The notes under the pieces are model-generated. The model did no database searches. It saw only the letters and a list, made by a program, of their open reading frames with translations, and was not told the origin of the DNA. DNA of 64,000 nt from Promethearchaeota archaeon (GTDB lineage: Archaea > Asgardarchaeota > Lokiarchaeia > Sigyniarchaeales > SOKP01). The stretch lies in NCBI GenBank assembly GCA_048938005.1, contig JBHLMQ010000001.1, forward strand, positions 152,925 through 216,924. The letters run 5' to 3'. Below are positions 9,583 through 19,355 of this stretch, piece after piece. The translations under genes were made by a program, and so were the position numbers. The number at the start of each line of letters is the position of its first letter. Positions within the stretch are counted from its first letter, which is position 1.

Positions 9583-11025
9583 ATGACGCCACCAAATCAG
9601 CTTTTTGAACAGTTAAGATCAAATCTCCTAAAAATAGAAAACAAAAAATTACTTGAAAAGACTTACTATGAAGATCTTTCGGATTGCCTCAAATCTGGGC
9701 AGTTTGAGAGCTTTAAAAATTTGTTAAATGTATCTATTGATTTTAATCTTTTCATAGATATTAAAAAAATTCCCAACCGTTTTAATATTATTTCAAATTT
9801 ACTACTACAATGTATAGAAAAAATATCTATGGGATATCATACCTCCACTCTAGGAGAGATTATTGATATTTTAAGGTTTTGTAATGAATATAATTTATTC
9901 GACAAAGAATTAAGTGAATTAGAAAGAAAAGAACTTGGAGATCTCAAGAAAGACCCATTATTAATAGCAAATTTACTAGATTTATTTGATCGTGTATCAG
10001 ATTCACTTATTCTATATATTTATAAAAAAATGCCTTACGATCTTTACACCTATTTTACCAAAAGACAAGATCAAGCAAGTCAATATTTCTCGAATATAGA
10101 TAATTGGATGTATTTCATTAAAAACGTTTTTTTTAATCAATATTCAATATATGGGTTAAGTGTTAAATATTTAAGCCCTGTAAAGAAATTTATTGATGAA
10201 TTTGAGAAAAATCACTTGGATTATAAGGAAAGTTTAAGAAATAAAGAAGAACAACAATTGGATAACGATAGAGAAATAATCTCTTTTGATGCATCTTATG
10301 TGATCCGAACATTTTATGATGATATAGAAGAAGAATATGAGCACCGTGAGATTAAAAGACACCTTGTTTCTCCTAAGAATATTTTAAAAAATATAAGTAA
10401 AATTCAAGAAAATAATAATTATAATTTTTATAACTTATCAATGGTTCTTCTTGGAGGTTTGGGACCGCAAGGTTTAGGCTTTACATACTCTACACCTAAA
10501 GGAGAGGTTGTTGAGATATGTTCAGATATTAAACAAAATGAGGCTATAATTATCAAGTTTAAAAAATTCTTAAAGACACAATTTATTGAGAAATTAGAGA
10601 AGGAAATGAAAAGCATACATTTAAAAGTAATTACTATTAAAAAAGTAGTAAATTATCTTACTGAAGTTTTAGACAAAAATGATCTTATTAGCTTTTTTGA
10701 AAAAAAATTTATTTTAAGCAATATAGAGAGCTTCTTACTTGATGAAAATGAAGAAATAAATTTCTCGGATAATAATCTTAAGAGATTAGTGAATAAAATT
10801 TCAAATGCAATAAATGCAATTTTAAGACCTATAAAAATGATGGATCAATATAAAGCTCGGATGTTTTTAGTTACCAGTGGTTTATTAAAATCAGAAGATA
10901 TTGCGAAATTAACAAGCTTGAAAAAAAAATCCCACTATGACATTTTAAGAGAAAGATTTTTTTTTCAATATATCACAAACTGGACCTATGAATTATATCA
11001 AGCTGAAAAGAAAAAGAATAAATAG
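9583..11025 (+). CDS. Hypothetical protein (480 aa)
   Basis: Long ORF with a Gly-rich block SMVLLGGLGPQGLGFTYSTPKGEVVEICSD; no family recognised. Confidence 0.75.
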   Translation: MTPPNQLFEQLRSNLLKIENKKLLEKTYYEDLSDCLKSGQFESFKNLLNVSIDFNLFIDIKKIPNRFNIISNLLLQCIEKISMGYHTSTLGEIIDILRFCNEYNLFDKELSELERKELGDLKKDPLLIANLLDLFDRVSDSLILYIYKKMPYDLYTYFTKRQDQASQYFSNIDNWMYFIKNVFFNQYSIYGLSVKYLSPVKKFIDEFEKNHLDYKESLRNKEEQQLDNDREIISFDASYVIRTFYDDIEEEYEHREIKRHLVSPKNILKNISKIQENNNYNFYNLSMVLLGGLGPQGLGFTYSTPKGEVVEICSDIKQNEAIIIKFKKFLKTQFIEKLEKEMKSIHLKVITIKKVVNYLTEVLDKNDLISFFEKKFILSNIESFLLDENEEINFSDNNLKRLVNKISNAINAILRPIKMMDQYKARMFLVTSGLLKSEDIAKLTSLKKKSHYDILRERFFFQYITNWTYELYQAEKKKNK

Positions 11026-11043
11026 CCCAAGAAGTCTTATATC

Positions 11044-12516
11044 TTATTTTCTTATTTCTTGAATTCGGTCAAAAATGTTATCGAATCGCTCTCTTATTGA
11101 ACCATATAAACCTTCTTCTTCTGAAACAACTGAATTAATAGCTGTTTTTAATCCATAATGACTTTCTGATATCAGAACTCTAATTGGTAAAGTGAGGATA
11201 TCATTAATTACCATCAAAAACTCTTGAATTATGTTTATGATTTGAGGCACTTTTTCACGAGTTCTATCAATAGTAGAGGCTTCTGATGATATTAATCCAT
11301 TTTCACGTTCTTCTTTTAACTCTTCCCATACATTTTCTTTCAATTCAGTGAATTCAATACCTAGATTTTCTAAAGCCATCTGAGCACCTTCAAACAGGTA
11401 ATTAATTGTGTCTTTTCCTGTAAAGAGTCTTACATTTTCAACCATTTCTGGAGGTGCTAATCCGTCTAAAAAGCTAACGAGTAGTTCATTGTAATCCCTA
11501 ATTACATCAAGAGGAATGAATAATAATGTCATTTCTCTAAGTTGTTTAAAGAGGTATCCAAGAACTTTAGCAAACCATTCATTCTTCAAGGATTTCTCTA
11601 AAATTCCTCCATATTCGTTTAAAAGATGAGTTCCTAAATATCCAATAATTCTTATCATGTCATCTTCATAATTTCGAAAGTAATCAAAAAAGTGTTCAGG
11701 CTCCATATTCAATTTATCTCTAATAATATCTGCTAATCTTTCTTTAATAGTTTCCAATGGCTCATCAATATATTCTTCTAATTTATCAATCGATATTAGA
11801 TCTTGAATTTTATCAATAATATCAAGCTTTGTTTCTTGAACAATCTCATCTTCTTCTATAGTTTCTTTAAAATATTTCCTTAACACTGCATTTTTTTGGG
11901 TATTAGAATCCATCAGTTCTTTCCATTCTTTATAATCATGGATTTTGCAGATGAACTGTAAGCAATCTCCGCCTTTAGCAATACATTCTTGCTCAATTAT
12001 TTGAATTCTATAGTCATTTCTTTTTATTTTTAAAATATAATTAGCAACACTTTCCAACATTCCACACAGTCCACAAGCCAATCCTTCTGTTTTTTTATTT
12101 TTTAATTTACCGAAATCAAAGGTATCTTCGACATCTTGACCATAATTTGCGCAGATTGGACATTTACTGATTTTTAAAATATAATCATTATATTTTGAAT
12201 CCTTTTTAGGAAGCTCTTCATAAGAATAATCATCTAACTCCCTTCCAAACACAACAACCCAGAGAATCTCGAAATAATCCAAAACTTTTTTAGGAGACCC
12301 TGGCATAAATCTAAAAATACTTGAATGACGCTCACATGATTCATAAGCTGCTCTTTTTCCTATTTCTCTGAGAATAATAAGGCTTTCTTCTTTATTATTA
12401 GTTATCTCATTAACTTCTTTGAGTATTTCCCTATAAAGAAGTGTATAAAATAAGGCATTAGTAGATCTCCCAAATATTTTAGTAATTTTTTTCATTAACC
12501 ATTGGAATGCTCCCAT
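11044..12516 (-). CDS. V4R/TRAPP-fold domain protein with a long acidic helical C-terminus
   Basis: REIGKRAA, KCPIC, ACGLCGMLESV, ECIAKGGDCLQF (V4R Cys pattern). Confidence 0.7.
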   Translation of the reverse strand: MGAFQWLMKKITKIFGRSTNALFYTLLYREILKEVNEITNNKEESLIILREIGKRAAYESCERHSSIFRFMPGSPKKVLDYFEILWVVVFGRELDDYSYEELPKKDSKYNDYILKISKCPICANYGQDVEDTFDFGKLKNKKTEGLACGLCGMLESVANYILKIKRNDYRIQIIEQECIAKGGDCLQFICKIHDYKEWKELMDSNTQKNAVLRKYFKETIEEDEIVQETKLDIIDKIQDLISIDKLEEYIDEPLETIKERLADIIRDKLNMEPEHFFDYFRNYEDDMIRIIGYLGTHLLNEYGGILEKSLKNEWFAKVLGYLFKQLREMTLLFIPLDVIRDYNELLVSFLDGLAPPEMVENVRLFTGKDTINYLFEGAQMALENLGIEFTELKENVWEELKEERENGLISSEASTIDRTREKVPQIINIIQEFLMVINDILTLPIRVLISESHYGLKTAINSVVSEEEGLYGSIRERFDNIFDRIQEIRK

Positions 12517-12518
12517 CT

Positions 12519-13046
12519 TTAGGCCCTCTTCCCTATTTTATATTTATAGATTTGAATACATGATTTATTTCCATATGCGCGAGATTCTACTACTTTATCT
12601 GGTTCTAAAAATACAGAAGCAGGATCAGTAGATTCTTTACTTATAATAGATATTAATACTGAAACCATCCCTAAAATTATCTCACATCCAGCTATTTCTA
12701 TATCATCGTAATGATATTTACATAAGGCGCATTTATAATCTTTAACTGTAACTAAATTCTCAGTTTCATTTATTTCGACTGAAGGGGAACTATTTAAAAC
12801 TTTTTGATAAATTGTTGTAATGACATCTTTTAAATTAGAAGTATTAACTATATCTGTTGGTCTCCAATATTGAAGGTAAGTTCTGGCTATATTTTGTCCC
12901 ATTTTCCTTAATCTATCTTTCAAATCAGATAACCCGTTTTTCTCCATTAAGCTTGCTAATATATGGATGGAATTTCTCATTTGGTTCATTGTTGCGTCTG
13001 TTTCTATTAGCTCTTTCCTTGAAAAATTCATATTTCTATTTTCCAA
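12519..13046 (-). CDS. Bet3/TRAPP-V4R-like protein
   Basis: LRKMGQNIARTYL (compare Bet3 L.KMGYNIG.RL), CALC, GCEIILGMVS, NKSC. Confidence 0.65.
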   Translation of the reverse strand: MENRNMNFSRKELIETDATMNQMRNSIHILASLMEKNGLSDLKDRLRKMGQNIARTYLQYWRPTDIVNTSNLKDVITTIYQKVLNSSPSVEINETENLVTVKDYKCALCKYHYDDIEIAGCEIILGMVSVLISIISKESTDPASVFLEPDKVVESRAYGNKSCIQIYKYKIGKRA

Positions 13047-13295
13047 TCTTATATTAAATTAAATATTGAAAAAATTTCATCAAATAAAAAATTTTTAGTC
13101 CGATTAATAGATTATTAGTATGAATTATGAATACTTCTAAGTATATAAAAAAAAGGATTAAAATATCGAAATTCATCATTATTGGAATATTTTTAGTTTA
13201 TTCCATTTGTCATGTGAGATGATATAGTAAAAAATAAAACAAATATGAAAAAGGAACAGTAATTTATGTTAATAAGGATTTATAAATCAAATTAA

Positions 13296-13652
13296 CTACA
13301 TTTTATCAACTATTTCTCTAATAACTTGTTCTCCTGCAGCACCTACCATTATTCCATTTCTGACAAGCAATTGTCCTTGGATTTCTATTGGATGATTTAA
13401 AAGCTCACCGTTATTGAAAAAAAGCAGAGTAGGTATTGCTGTTATACCAAATTTTTCCCCTAAAGGTCTGTTTTGATCAAGATCTTCTTTTAATAATTTA
13501 ATTAATCCTTCTTGTTTTAATTTTTCCAATATAGGGCTTAAAAATCGACAGGGCCCGCACCATGTTGTATATACATCTACGATGACTTTCCCTTGTTTCA
13601 TATCATCTGTAACTTCAAGGCCAAATTCTTTTAGTTCTTCTATATTCATCAT
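13296..13652 (-). CDS. trxA: Thioredoxin
   Basis: WCGPC active site; GITAIPTLLFF. Confidence 0.9.
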   Translation of the reverse strand: MMNIEELKEFGLEVTDDMKQGKVIVDVYTTWCGPCRFLSPILEKLKQEGLIKLLKEDLDQNRPLGEKFGITAIPTLLFFNNGELLNHPIEIQGQLLVRNGIMVGAAGEQVIREIVDKM

Positions 13653-13893
13653 GCCATCTCAATTTTTAAATAATTTGCTATTTAGTTTCTTTTGATATAT
13701 TATTGTGAGAATAAATATTTAATTACTTATATTAATTTCATTCAGAATTTAAAAGCGGATTCTCTGGAAAATTGACAGTTAGGAATAAAAATAATATACT
13801 AATCTTCAATTTAAAACTTAGTTTTAAAAGAATTAATTTTAAAATCGACAATAAGTTATACTATTTAATATCAATATAAACTGATCATTTTAT

Positions 13894-14397
13894 ATGGCGA
13901 CTATAGATTTTAATTTCAGAAACCAAATTCTTGGTAATGATATTGGCAATACTCTAGCATATTGTTATCAATGTGCAACTTGTAGTGGTGCGTGTCCAGT
14001 AGCACAGGTTACTGAAGGGAGGTATAACCCAAGGCGCTTAATTTTGGATGCATTATTAGGGCTTAAAGAGAAAATCTTTGGACCAGATAATGCGTTTAAC
14101 ATTTGGGGTTGCACAGTATGCGATACATGTGATGAAGTATGCCCTCAGAAAGTTGAACTCACTGAAATTTTCACAATTCTAAAAAACATGAGTGTTGAGC
14201 GTGGTGAAGCTCCCAATCATTACACTGGTCAAGCATCAACCGTTTTGGAACATGGTAAAGCCATTCCAATGCAACCAGCTATAGAAAGGCGACGATCACA
14301 ACTAGGATTACCAGCAATTATAGCTCCTGATGTAAATGAAGTAAAAAAGTTGTTGGAAGCAACAAAATTAGTAGAAAAACTTCCTAAAACAGAATAA
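13894..14397 (+). CDS. hdrC: Heterodisulfide reductase subunit C-like 2x[4Fe-4S] protein
   Basis: CYQCATCSGACP and WGCTVCDTCDEVCPQ. Confidence 0.85.
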   Translation: MATIDFNFRNQILGNDIGNTLAYCYQCATCSGACPVAQVTEGRYNPRRLILDALLGLKEKIFGPDNAFNIWGCTVCDTCDEVCPQKVELTEIFTILKNMSVERGEAPNHYTGQASTVLEHGKAIPMQPAIERRRSQLGLPAIIAPDVNEVKKLLEATKLVEKLPKTE

Positions 14398-14526
14398 AGT
14401 AAGTTTATTTCTATTTAGTTTATGTTTTTTAAAATTTTCGTTAGAATTTTATAGACTTATTCTATAATTGAATTATAGCGTAAATTTCATGATTTTAAAT
14501 TTAAAGAATTTTAGAGGTAAAATAAG

Positions 14527-15297
14527 TTGAGAAAACCAATAATTGGGGGGAATTGGAAAATGAACCGAGGAACCCCCGAAAAATGTAAAGAAATGTTAGA
14601 AAGTTTAATTCCACGTGTAGAGAGAATTAATACTGTTGATCTAGTTATTGCCCCACCTTTTACTGTTTTAATTGATGCGTATATGATTTTAAAAGATACA
14701 AATATCAAATTAGGCGCTCAAAACATGTATTTTGAAGAGAAGGGAGCTTATACAGGTGAGATATCACCTAGATTTTTGAAAGAGGTTGGAGTTGAATACA
14801 TAATTCTTGGTCATAGTGAAAGAAGAGATATTTTTAGAGAAACAGATGATATGATTAATAAAAAACTTAAAACAGCTTTAAATGTCAATTTAAAACCTAT
14901 CGTTTGTATTGGAGAACATCTAGAAGAAAGAGAAGTAGGAAAAACAAAAGATATAATAGAATATCAAATGAATGAAACATTTAAAGATCTCACAAAAGAG
15001 GAAATGCTAAAAACCATTATAGCATATGAGCCAATCTGGGCTATAGGAACCGGAAAAACTGCGACTCCTGAACAAGCAGAAGAGATTCATATTTTTATTC
15101 GAGAACTTTTAACTAAAAAATTTGATAAAGGGACTGCTGACTCATTAAGAATACAATATGGGGGTTCCATTAATCCAAAAAACGCAGAATACTTGTTTAA
15201 TAAAACGAATATCGATGGTGGTTTGGTTGGAGGAGCTTCACTTCAGGTTGATTCTTTAGTTCAAATTATTAATGCTGCGGATAAATCAATTAAATAA
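14527..15297 (+). CDS. tpiA: Triosephosphate isomerase (bacterial/eukaryotic long type)
   Basis: GNWKMN, GHSERR, AYEPIWAIGTG, YGGS, LVGGASL. Confidence 0.97.
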   Translation: MRKPIIGGNWKMNRGTPEKCKEMLESLIPRVERINTVDLVIAPPFTVLIDAYMILKDTNIKLGAQNMYFEEKGAYTGEISPRFLKEVGVEYIILGHSERRDIFRETDDMINKKLKTALNVNLKPIVCIGEHLEEREVGKTKDIIEYQMNETFKDLTKEEMLKTIIAYEPIWAIGTGKTATPEQAEEIHIFIRELLTKKFDKGTADSLRIQYGGSINPKNAEYLFNKTNIDGGLVGGASLQVDSLVQIINAADKSIK

Positions 15298-15346
15298 TTT
15301 CTTTTCTGATTTATTAGTGCCATATATTTTTGTTATTTATTTAAAC

Positions 15347-16216
15347 TTAGCCAAGAATTTTATTAAAAGCTGATGTGAGTTTAGCTGGAAACTCTCCAAA
15401 ATAGCTCTGAGGATCTGCAAAAAGTAAGTAAAAGTAAGGTTCAAATAAGATATCCTCAACTGTTGGACCTACATCTGATTTAATAATACATACTTGAACT
15501 TGTTCATCTGAAAAGAAGGATTGTCGATATATCCAATCCAAGGGAGGGATCTCTGGAATATATCCAATATGTCTTAATATGTGATAAACATTCTCTAATG
15601 AATATTTTTTACCATATGTTACTAAAGGTGATAAATCAAATGAAGTAATACAAATTCCCCAAAGCCCATAATCTTTCATTTCACTTAAAAAATCATTTGC
15701 TAAGCGTTTGATATTACTCTGATTTTTTGAGATTACTTTTTGTGCTTTTAAGTCTGTTAAAATGTCAATTATTTTATCTTCTTCGGTGGTATAAACAGTA
15801 TCTGCTGAATCAAGAGGTATTTTAGAATGTATAAAATTGTTATATATTAATTTTACCTTTTCTCGTACTGATTTATGTAATAAGAAGGATTCTGTCTGTG
15901 CAGTAATTAATACATCTCCTTGAAATTTCATTTTTTTTGCTATGGATTTAGTTTCATTTCTTTCTTTTTTAGCCTTAAATTCAAGTACTTCTATTTTTTT
16001 ATCGATATTTCGAGCAAATTCAAATAGCGCAGATATCAAACCTGCTGTAAGATCGAATTTTGAATCTAAATCTAATTGATCTTGAATTGTAGCAGTATTT
16101 TTGGAAAAATCAAAGAATCTAAGAAAGATTTTCACACCTTCCGGGACAGGTTTAATTAATCTATTGAAATATGGAAATCCGGTTGTAGAGATAATACTCA
16201 GTTCATAGATTGTCAT
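15347..16216 (-). CDS. Longin-like domain protein, possibly with a C-terminal roadblock-like domain
   Basis: IYELSIISTTGFPYF and LTAGLISALFEFA resemble longin strand 1-2 and helix 1; GLWGICITSFDLSPL resembles a roadblock start. Confidence 0.55.
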   Translation of the reverse strand: MTIYELSIISTTGFPYFNRLIKPVPEGVKIFLRFFDFSKNTATIQDQLDLDSKFDLTAGLISALFEFARNIDKKIEVLEFKAKKERNETKSIAKKMKFQGDVLITAQTESFLLHKSVREKVKLIYNNFIHSKIPLDSADTVYTTEEDKIIDILTDLKAQKVISKNQSNIKRLANDFLSEMKDYGLWGICITSFDLSPLVTYGKKYSLENVYHILRHIGYIPEIPPLDWIYRQSFFSDEQVQVCIIKSDVGPTVEDILFEPYFYLLFADPQSYFGEFPAKLTSAFNKILG

Positions 16217-16373
16217 TTATTGTTGAAATCAATATTTTTGTATTTAGAATTTAATTTAACGCATTTTTTATCTAATTTTAATATATTTAAATTCATTATA
16301 AATTTTTTAATCTTAAGTTAATAAAATAAAGTAGAAAAGGAATTATTTGGTTGAAATTTGTCAAAAAGAATTA

Positions 16374-19154
16374 CTAAGAAATAACGATTGCTGGTTTACC
16401 TGGGAGTGCTAGAGCTGCTTTTTGTATATTTGTGTCTTTTTCGAAAATTATTTCTACTTTAGATTGGAATTTTTTCTCTAAAACAGATCTGATTTCATTA
16501 AAAAATAAATATTCATCCTCTAAACTGAGTGCAAATTTTGGATATTTTCCTACATTTTTCAATATTTTACTAACAAATTGATTAATTAATTTTCCATGTT
16601 TTTTAAATTCATTATTTTGCATTAAATTCTTCATGATTTCTCCTTGATCCTTAGTCTTTTCTACTAAGGACATAAATTCATTATAAAACTTCAATTTCCA
16701 TGGATTAGCAATAATAATTAGGATTTTTTCTAGTGACTCTTTTTTCATTACTAATTTTATATTACCAATATCATCTAATATATTGTTCATTAGATTCCAC
16801 TTATAATCAGATTCTAGTGTAAGGAGTTTATCATCGAAGGAAGGCCATGGGGTTAAACTCACATAGTATTTTTTGCCAATTATTTCCCAAACTTCTTCCG
16901 TCATATGAGGCGCTATCGGGTGAAGTAATAAAATAAGATTTTCCTTACATTCTTCGAAAATCTCTTTTTTGACACCTTCAATTTTATATTTGTTTAATTC
17001 CGATGTAAATTGGATAATATTATTGACTGCATTCCGTATCGCTAAATTATCCATATTTTCAGTAAATTCTTTAATTATTTTATTTAAATAATATTTAATT
17101 AGTGTATCTCTAATAGTTGTAGATTTCCTCATGCTTTTAGGTGGTTCGGTTAATAATTGAAAAGTATTTTTTATAAATCTAAAAGCATAATCTACACCTT
17201 CATTTGACCATTCTAATCCTGACTCGGGGCTTGCGCCGAATAAAATAAAAAATCTAGCAGCATCAGCTCCGTATTTAGTCATAATTCCAATAGGATCTAC
17301 AGTATTACCAAGACTTTTACTCATTTTTACACTTTTTAAGATATATTCAGTTCCACATCTTTTACAATTTTTGTTATTCATTTCTGCTTTAATAGCAAAT
17401 GTTCCACACTTTTGACAGTAAGGATGAGTCTTATTTATCATTCCTTGAGTTAATAGACGTTGGAAAGGTTCATCATATGAATGAAGACCAAGATCTCTTG
17501 CAACTTTTGTAAAAAATCGAGCATAAAGTAAATGCATTATAGCATGTTCAATACCCCCTATGTATTGATTAACATTCATCCAGTAATTAACAATTTTTTT
17601 TCTATAAGGTAAATCTTTTGAGAAAGGATCAGCAAACCGAAAAAAGTACCAAGAGCTATCTACAAATGTATCCATAGTATCAGTTTCACGTTTACCTAAC
17701 TTTCCACATTTAGGACACATAATATTTATAAAACTCTCACTTGTTTCCAATGGATTTCCTTTACCTGTGAATTGTACATCTTTAGGTAGTAGAACAGGTA
17801 AACTTTCATAAGGAACTGGAACTGTTCCGCAATTCTTACAATAGATTATTGGTATGGGGCACCCCCAATAGCGTTGGCGGGAAATTAACCAATCTCTTAG
17901 TTTATAGTTGATTGTTGCTTCCCCCATGCCAACTTTTTCCAACTTTTCAGTAATCGCCTTAATGGCAGATCGATTTTCCATCCCATTAAATTCACCTGAG
18001 TTAATTAAAATACCGTCACCTTCATAAGATCTGGCCATTTTTTCCAATTTCAATTCATAATCAAATGGTTGTATTACAATTCTAATGGGGATGTTATATT
18101 CTTTTGCAAATTCAAAGTCTCGTTGATCATGGGCAGGAACCGCCATAACAGCCCCAGCACCATATTCATAAATTACAAAGTTCCCAATATAAATTGGAAT
18201 TTCCTCGTTCGTCATTGGATTCAATGCATATCTACCGATAAATAAACCCTTTTTTTCAATATCAATGTCAGTTCTTTGAAACCTATCCTGTTTCATCACT
18301 TCATTATATAATTTCTCAAATTTAATTTCATATTCAGTCCCTCTTACCCATTCTCTAACCCATGGATGTTCAGGGGCGAACACCATGAATGTTGCACCAT
18401 AAAGGGTATCTGGTCTTGTAGTGAAAATATCTATGCTTCTACTTTCACCCATAATAGGAAATCGAATAATACTTCCTTCAGAACGACCAATCCAATTTCG
18501 TTGCATAACTTTAACTTTTTCTGGCCAATCCAATTCGTTTAAGCCGTTCAGTAATTCTTCCGCATATGCCCTAATATTTAAGAACCATTGAGTTAAGAAT
18601 TTTTGTTCTACCTCTTCATTACAGCGCCAACATCTACCCCCCAATACTTGCTCATTTGCCAATACTGTATTACATTTAGGACACCAATTAACATAACTCT
18701 TTTCTCGATAAGCAAGCCTTTTCTCAAAAAATTTTAGAAAGAGCCACTGGTCCCATTTATAATAATTTATAGAATGGCTATAAATAAGGCGAGTCCAATC
18801 ATAAGAAAGGCCAATACGTTTCTGCTGTTTAATTATTTCTTTTATATTCGCATCTGTCCATTCCTCGGGATTTGCACCATGATCTATAGCAGCATTTTCA
18901 GCTGGTAATCCAAAGGAATCATAACCCATAGGATAAAGTACATTGAAACCTGACATTCGTTTATATCGTGCAAATGAGTCCCCTATTGAATAATTACGAA
19001 GATGTCCCATATGAAGTGCTGATGAAGGATATGGATACATTTCTAATACATAATACTTTTTTTTCTTCGGATTTTCTTTGACTTCAAAAATTCTATCCTT
19101 TTCCCACTTTTCTTGCCATTTCTTTTCTATTTTTTGCGGATCGTAATCAACCAT
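16374..19154 (-). CDS. leuS: Leucyl-tRNA synthetase, bacterial-type core
   Basis: MYPYPS..LHMGH, FTTRPDT, AVMAVPAHDQRD, DWLISRQRYWG, GGIEHA, KMSKS. Confidence 0.97.
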   Translation of the reverse strand: MVDYDPQKIEKKWQEKWEKDRIFEVKENPKKKKYYVLEMYPYPSSALHMGHLRNYSIGDSFARYKRMSGFNVLYPMGYDSFGLPAENAAIDHGANPEEWTDANIKEIIKQQKRIGLSYDWTRLIYSHSINYYKWDQWLFLKFFEKRLAYREKSYVNWCPKCNTVLANEQVLGGRCWRCNEEVEQKFLTQWFLNIRAYAEELLNGLNELDWPEKVKVMQRNWIGRSEGSIIRFPIMGESRSIDIFTTRPDTLYGATFMVFAPEHPWVREWVRGTEYEIKFEKLYNEVMKQDRFQRTDIDIEKKGLFIGRYALNPMTNEEIPIYIGNFVIYEYGAGAVMAVPAHDQRDFEFAKEYNIPIRIVIQPFDYELKLEKMARSYEGDGILINSGEFNGMENRSAIKAITEKLEKVGMGEATINYKLRDWLISRQRYWGCPIPIIYCKNCGTVPVPYESLPVLLPKDVQFTGKGNPLETSESFINIMCPKCGKLGKRETDTMDTFVDSSWYFFRFADPFSKDLPYRKKIVNYWMNVNQYIGGIEHAIMHLLYARFFTKVARDLGLHSYDEPFQRLLTQGMINKTHPYCQKCGTFAIKAEMNNKNCKRCGTEYILKSVKMSKSLGNTVDPIGIMTKYGADAARFFILFGASPESGLEWSNEGVDYAFRFIKNTFQLLTEPPKSMRKSTTIRDTLIKYYLNKIIKEFTENMDNLAIRNAVNNIIQFTSELNKYKIEGVKKEIFEECKENLILLLHPIAPHMTEEVWEIIGKKYYVSLTPWPSFDDKLLTLESDYKWNLMNNILDDIGNIKLVMKKESLEKILIIIANPWKLKFYNEFMSLVEKTKDQGEIMKNLMQNNEFKKHGKLINQFVSKILKNVGKYPKFALSLEDEYLFFNEIRSVLEKKFQSKVEIIFEKDTNIQKAALALPGKPAIVIS

Positions 19155-19355
19155 AAGATTATAACACTTTATATGAAATTTAAGGATAAATATCGTATTT
19201 AATATTTTAATAATCGATTCAATAAATTTCTTTTGTAGATATTAACGTACGCAATAAGTATTCGATTTCTATAAAAAATCTTTAATTAATTTATTTTTAA
19301 AAATTTATAAAGTGAAGCAATAAAACTTAATTTTATTTATTTACTAGGGAGATTA

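Noticed and set aside
13127-13222. 31-aa signal-peptide-like ORF (MNTSKYIKKRIKISKFIIIGIFLVYSICHVR)
   Set aside because: AT-rich intergenic DNA readily yields K/I/F-rich ORFs; there is no other support.
13296-14397. Selenoprotein/SECIS possibility for thioredoxin or hdrC
   Set aside because: All redox positions are Cys codons and neither ORF has an in-frame TGA.
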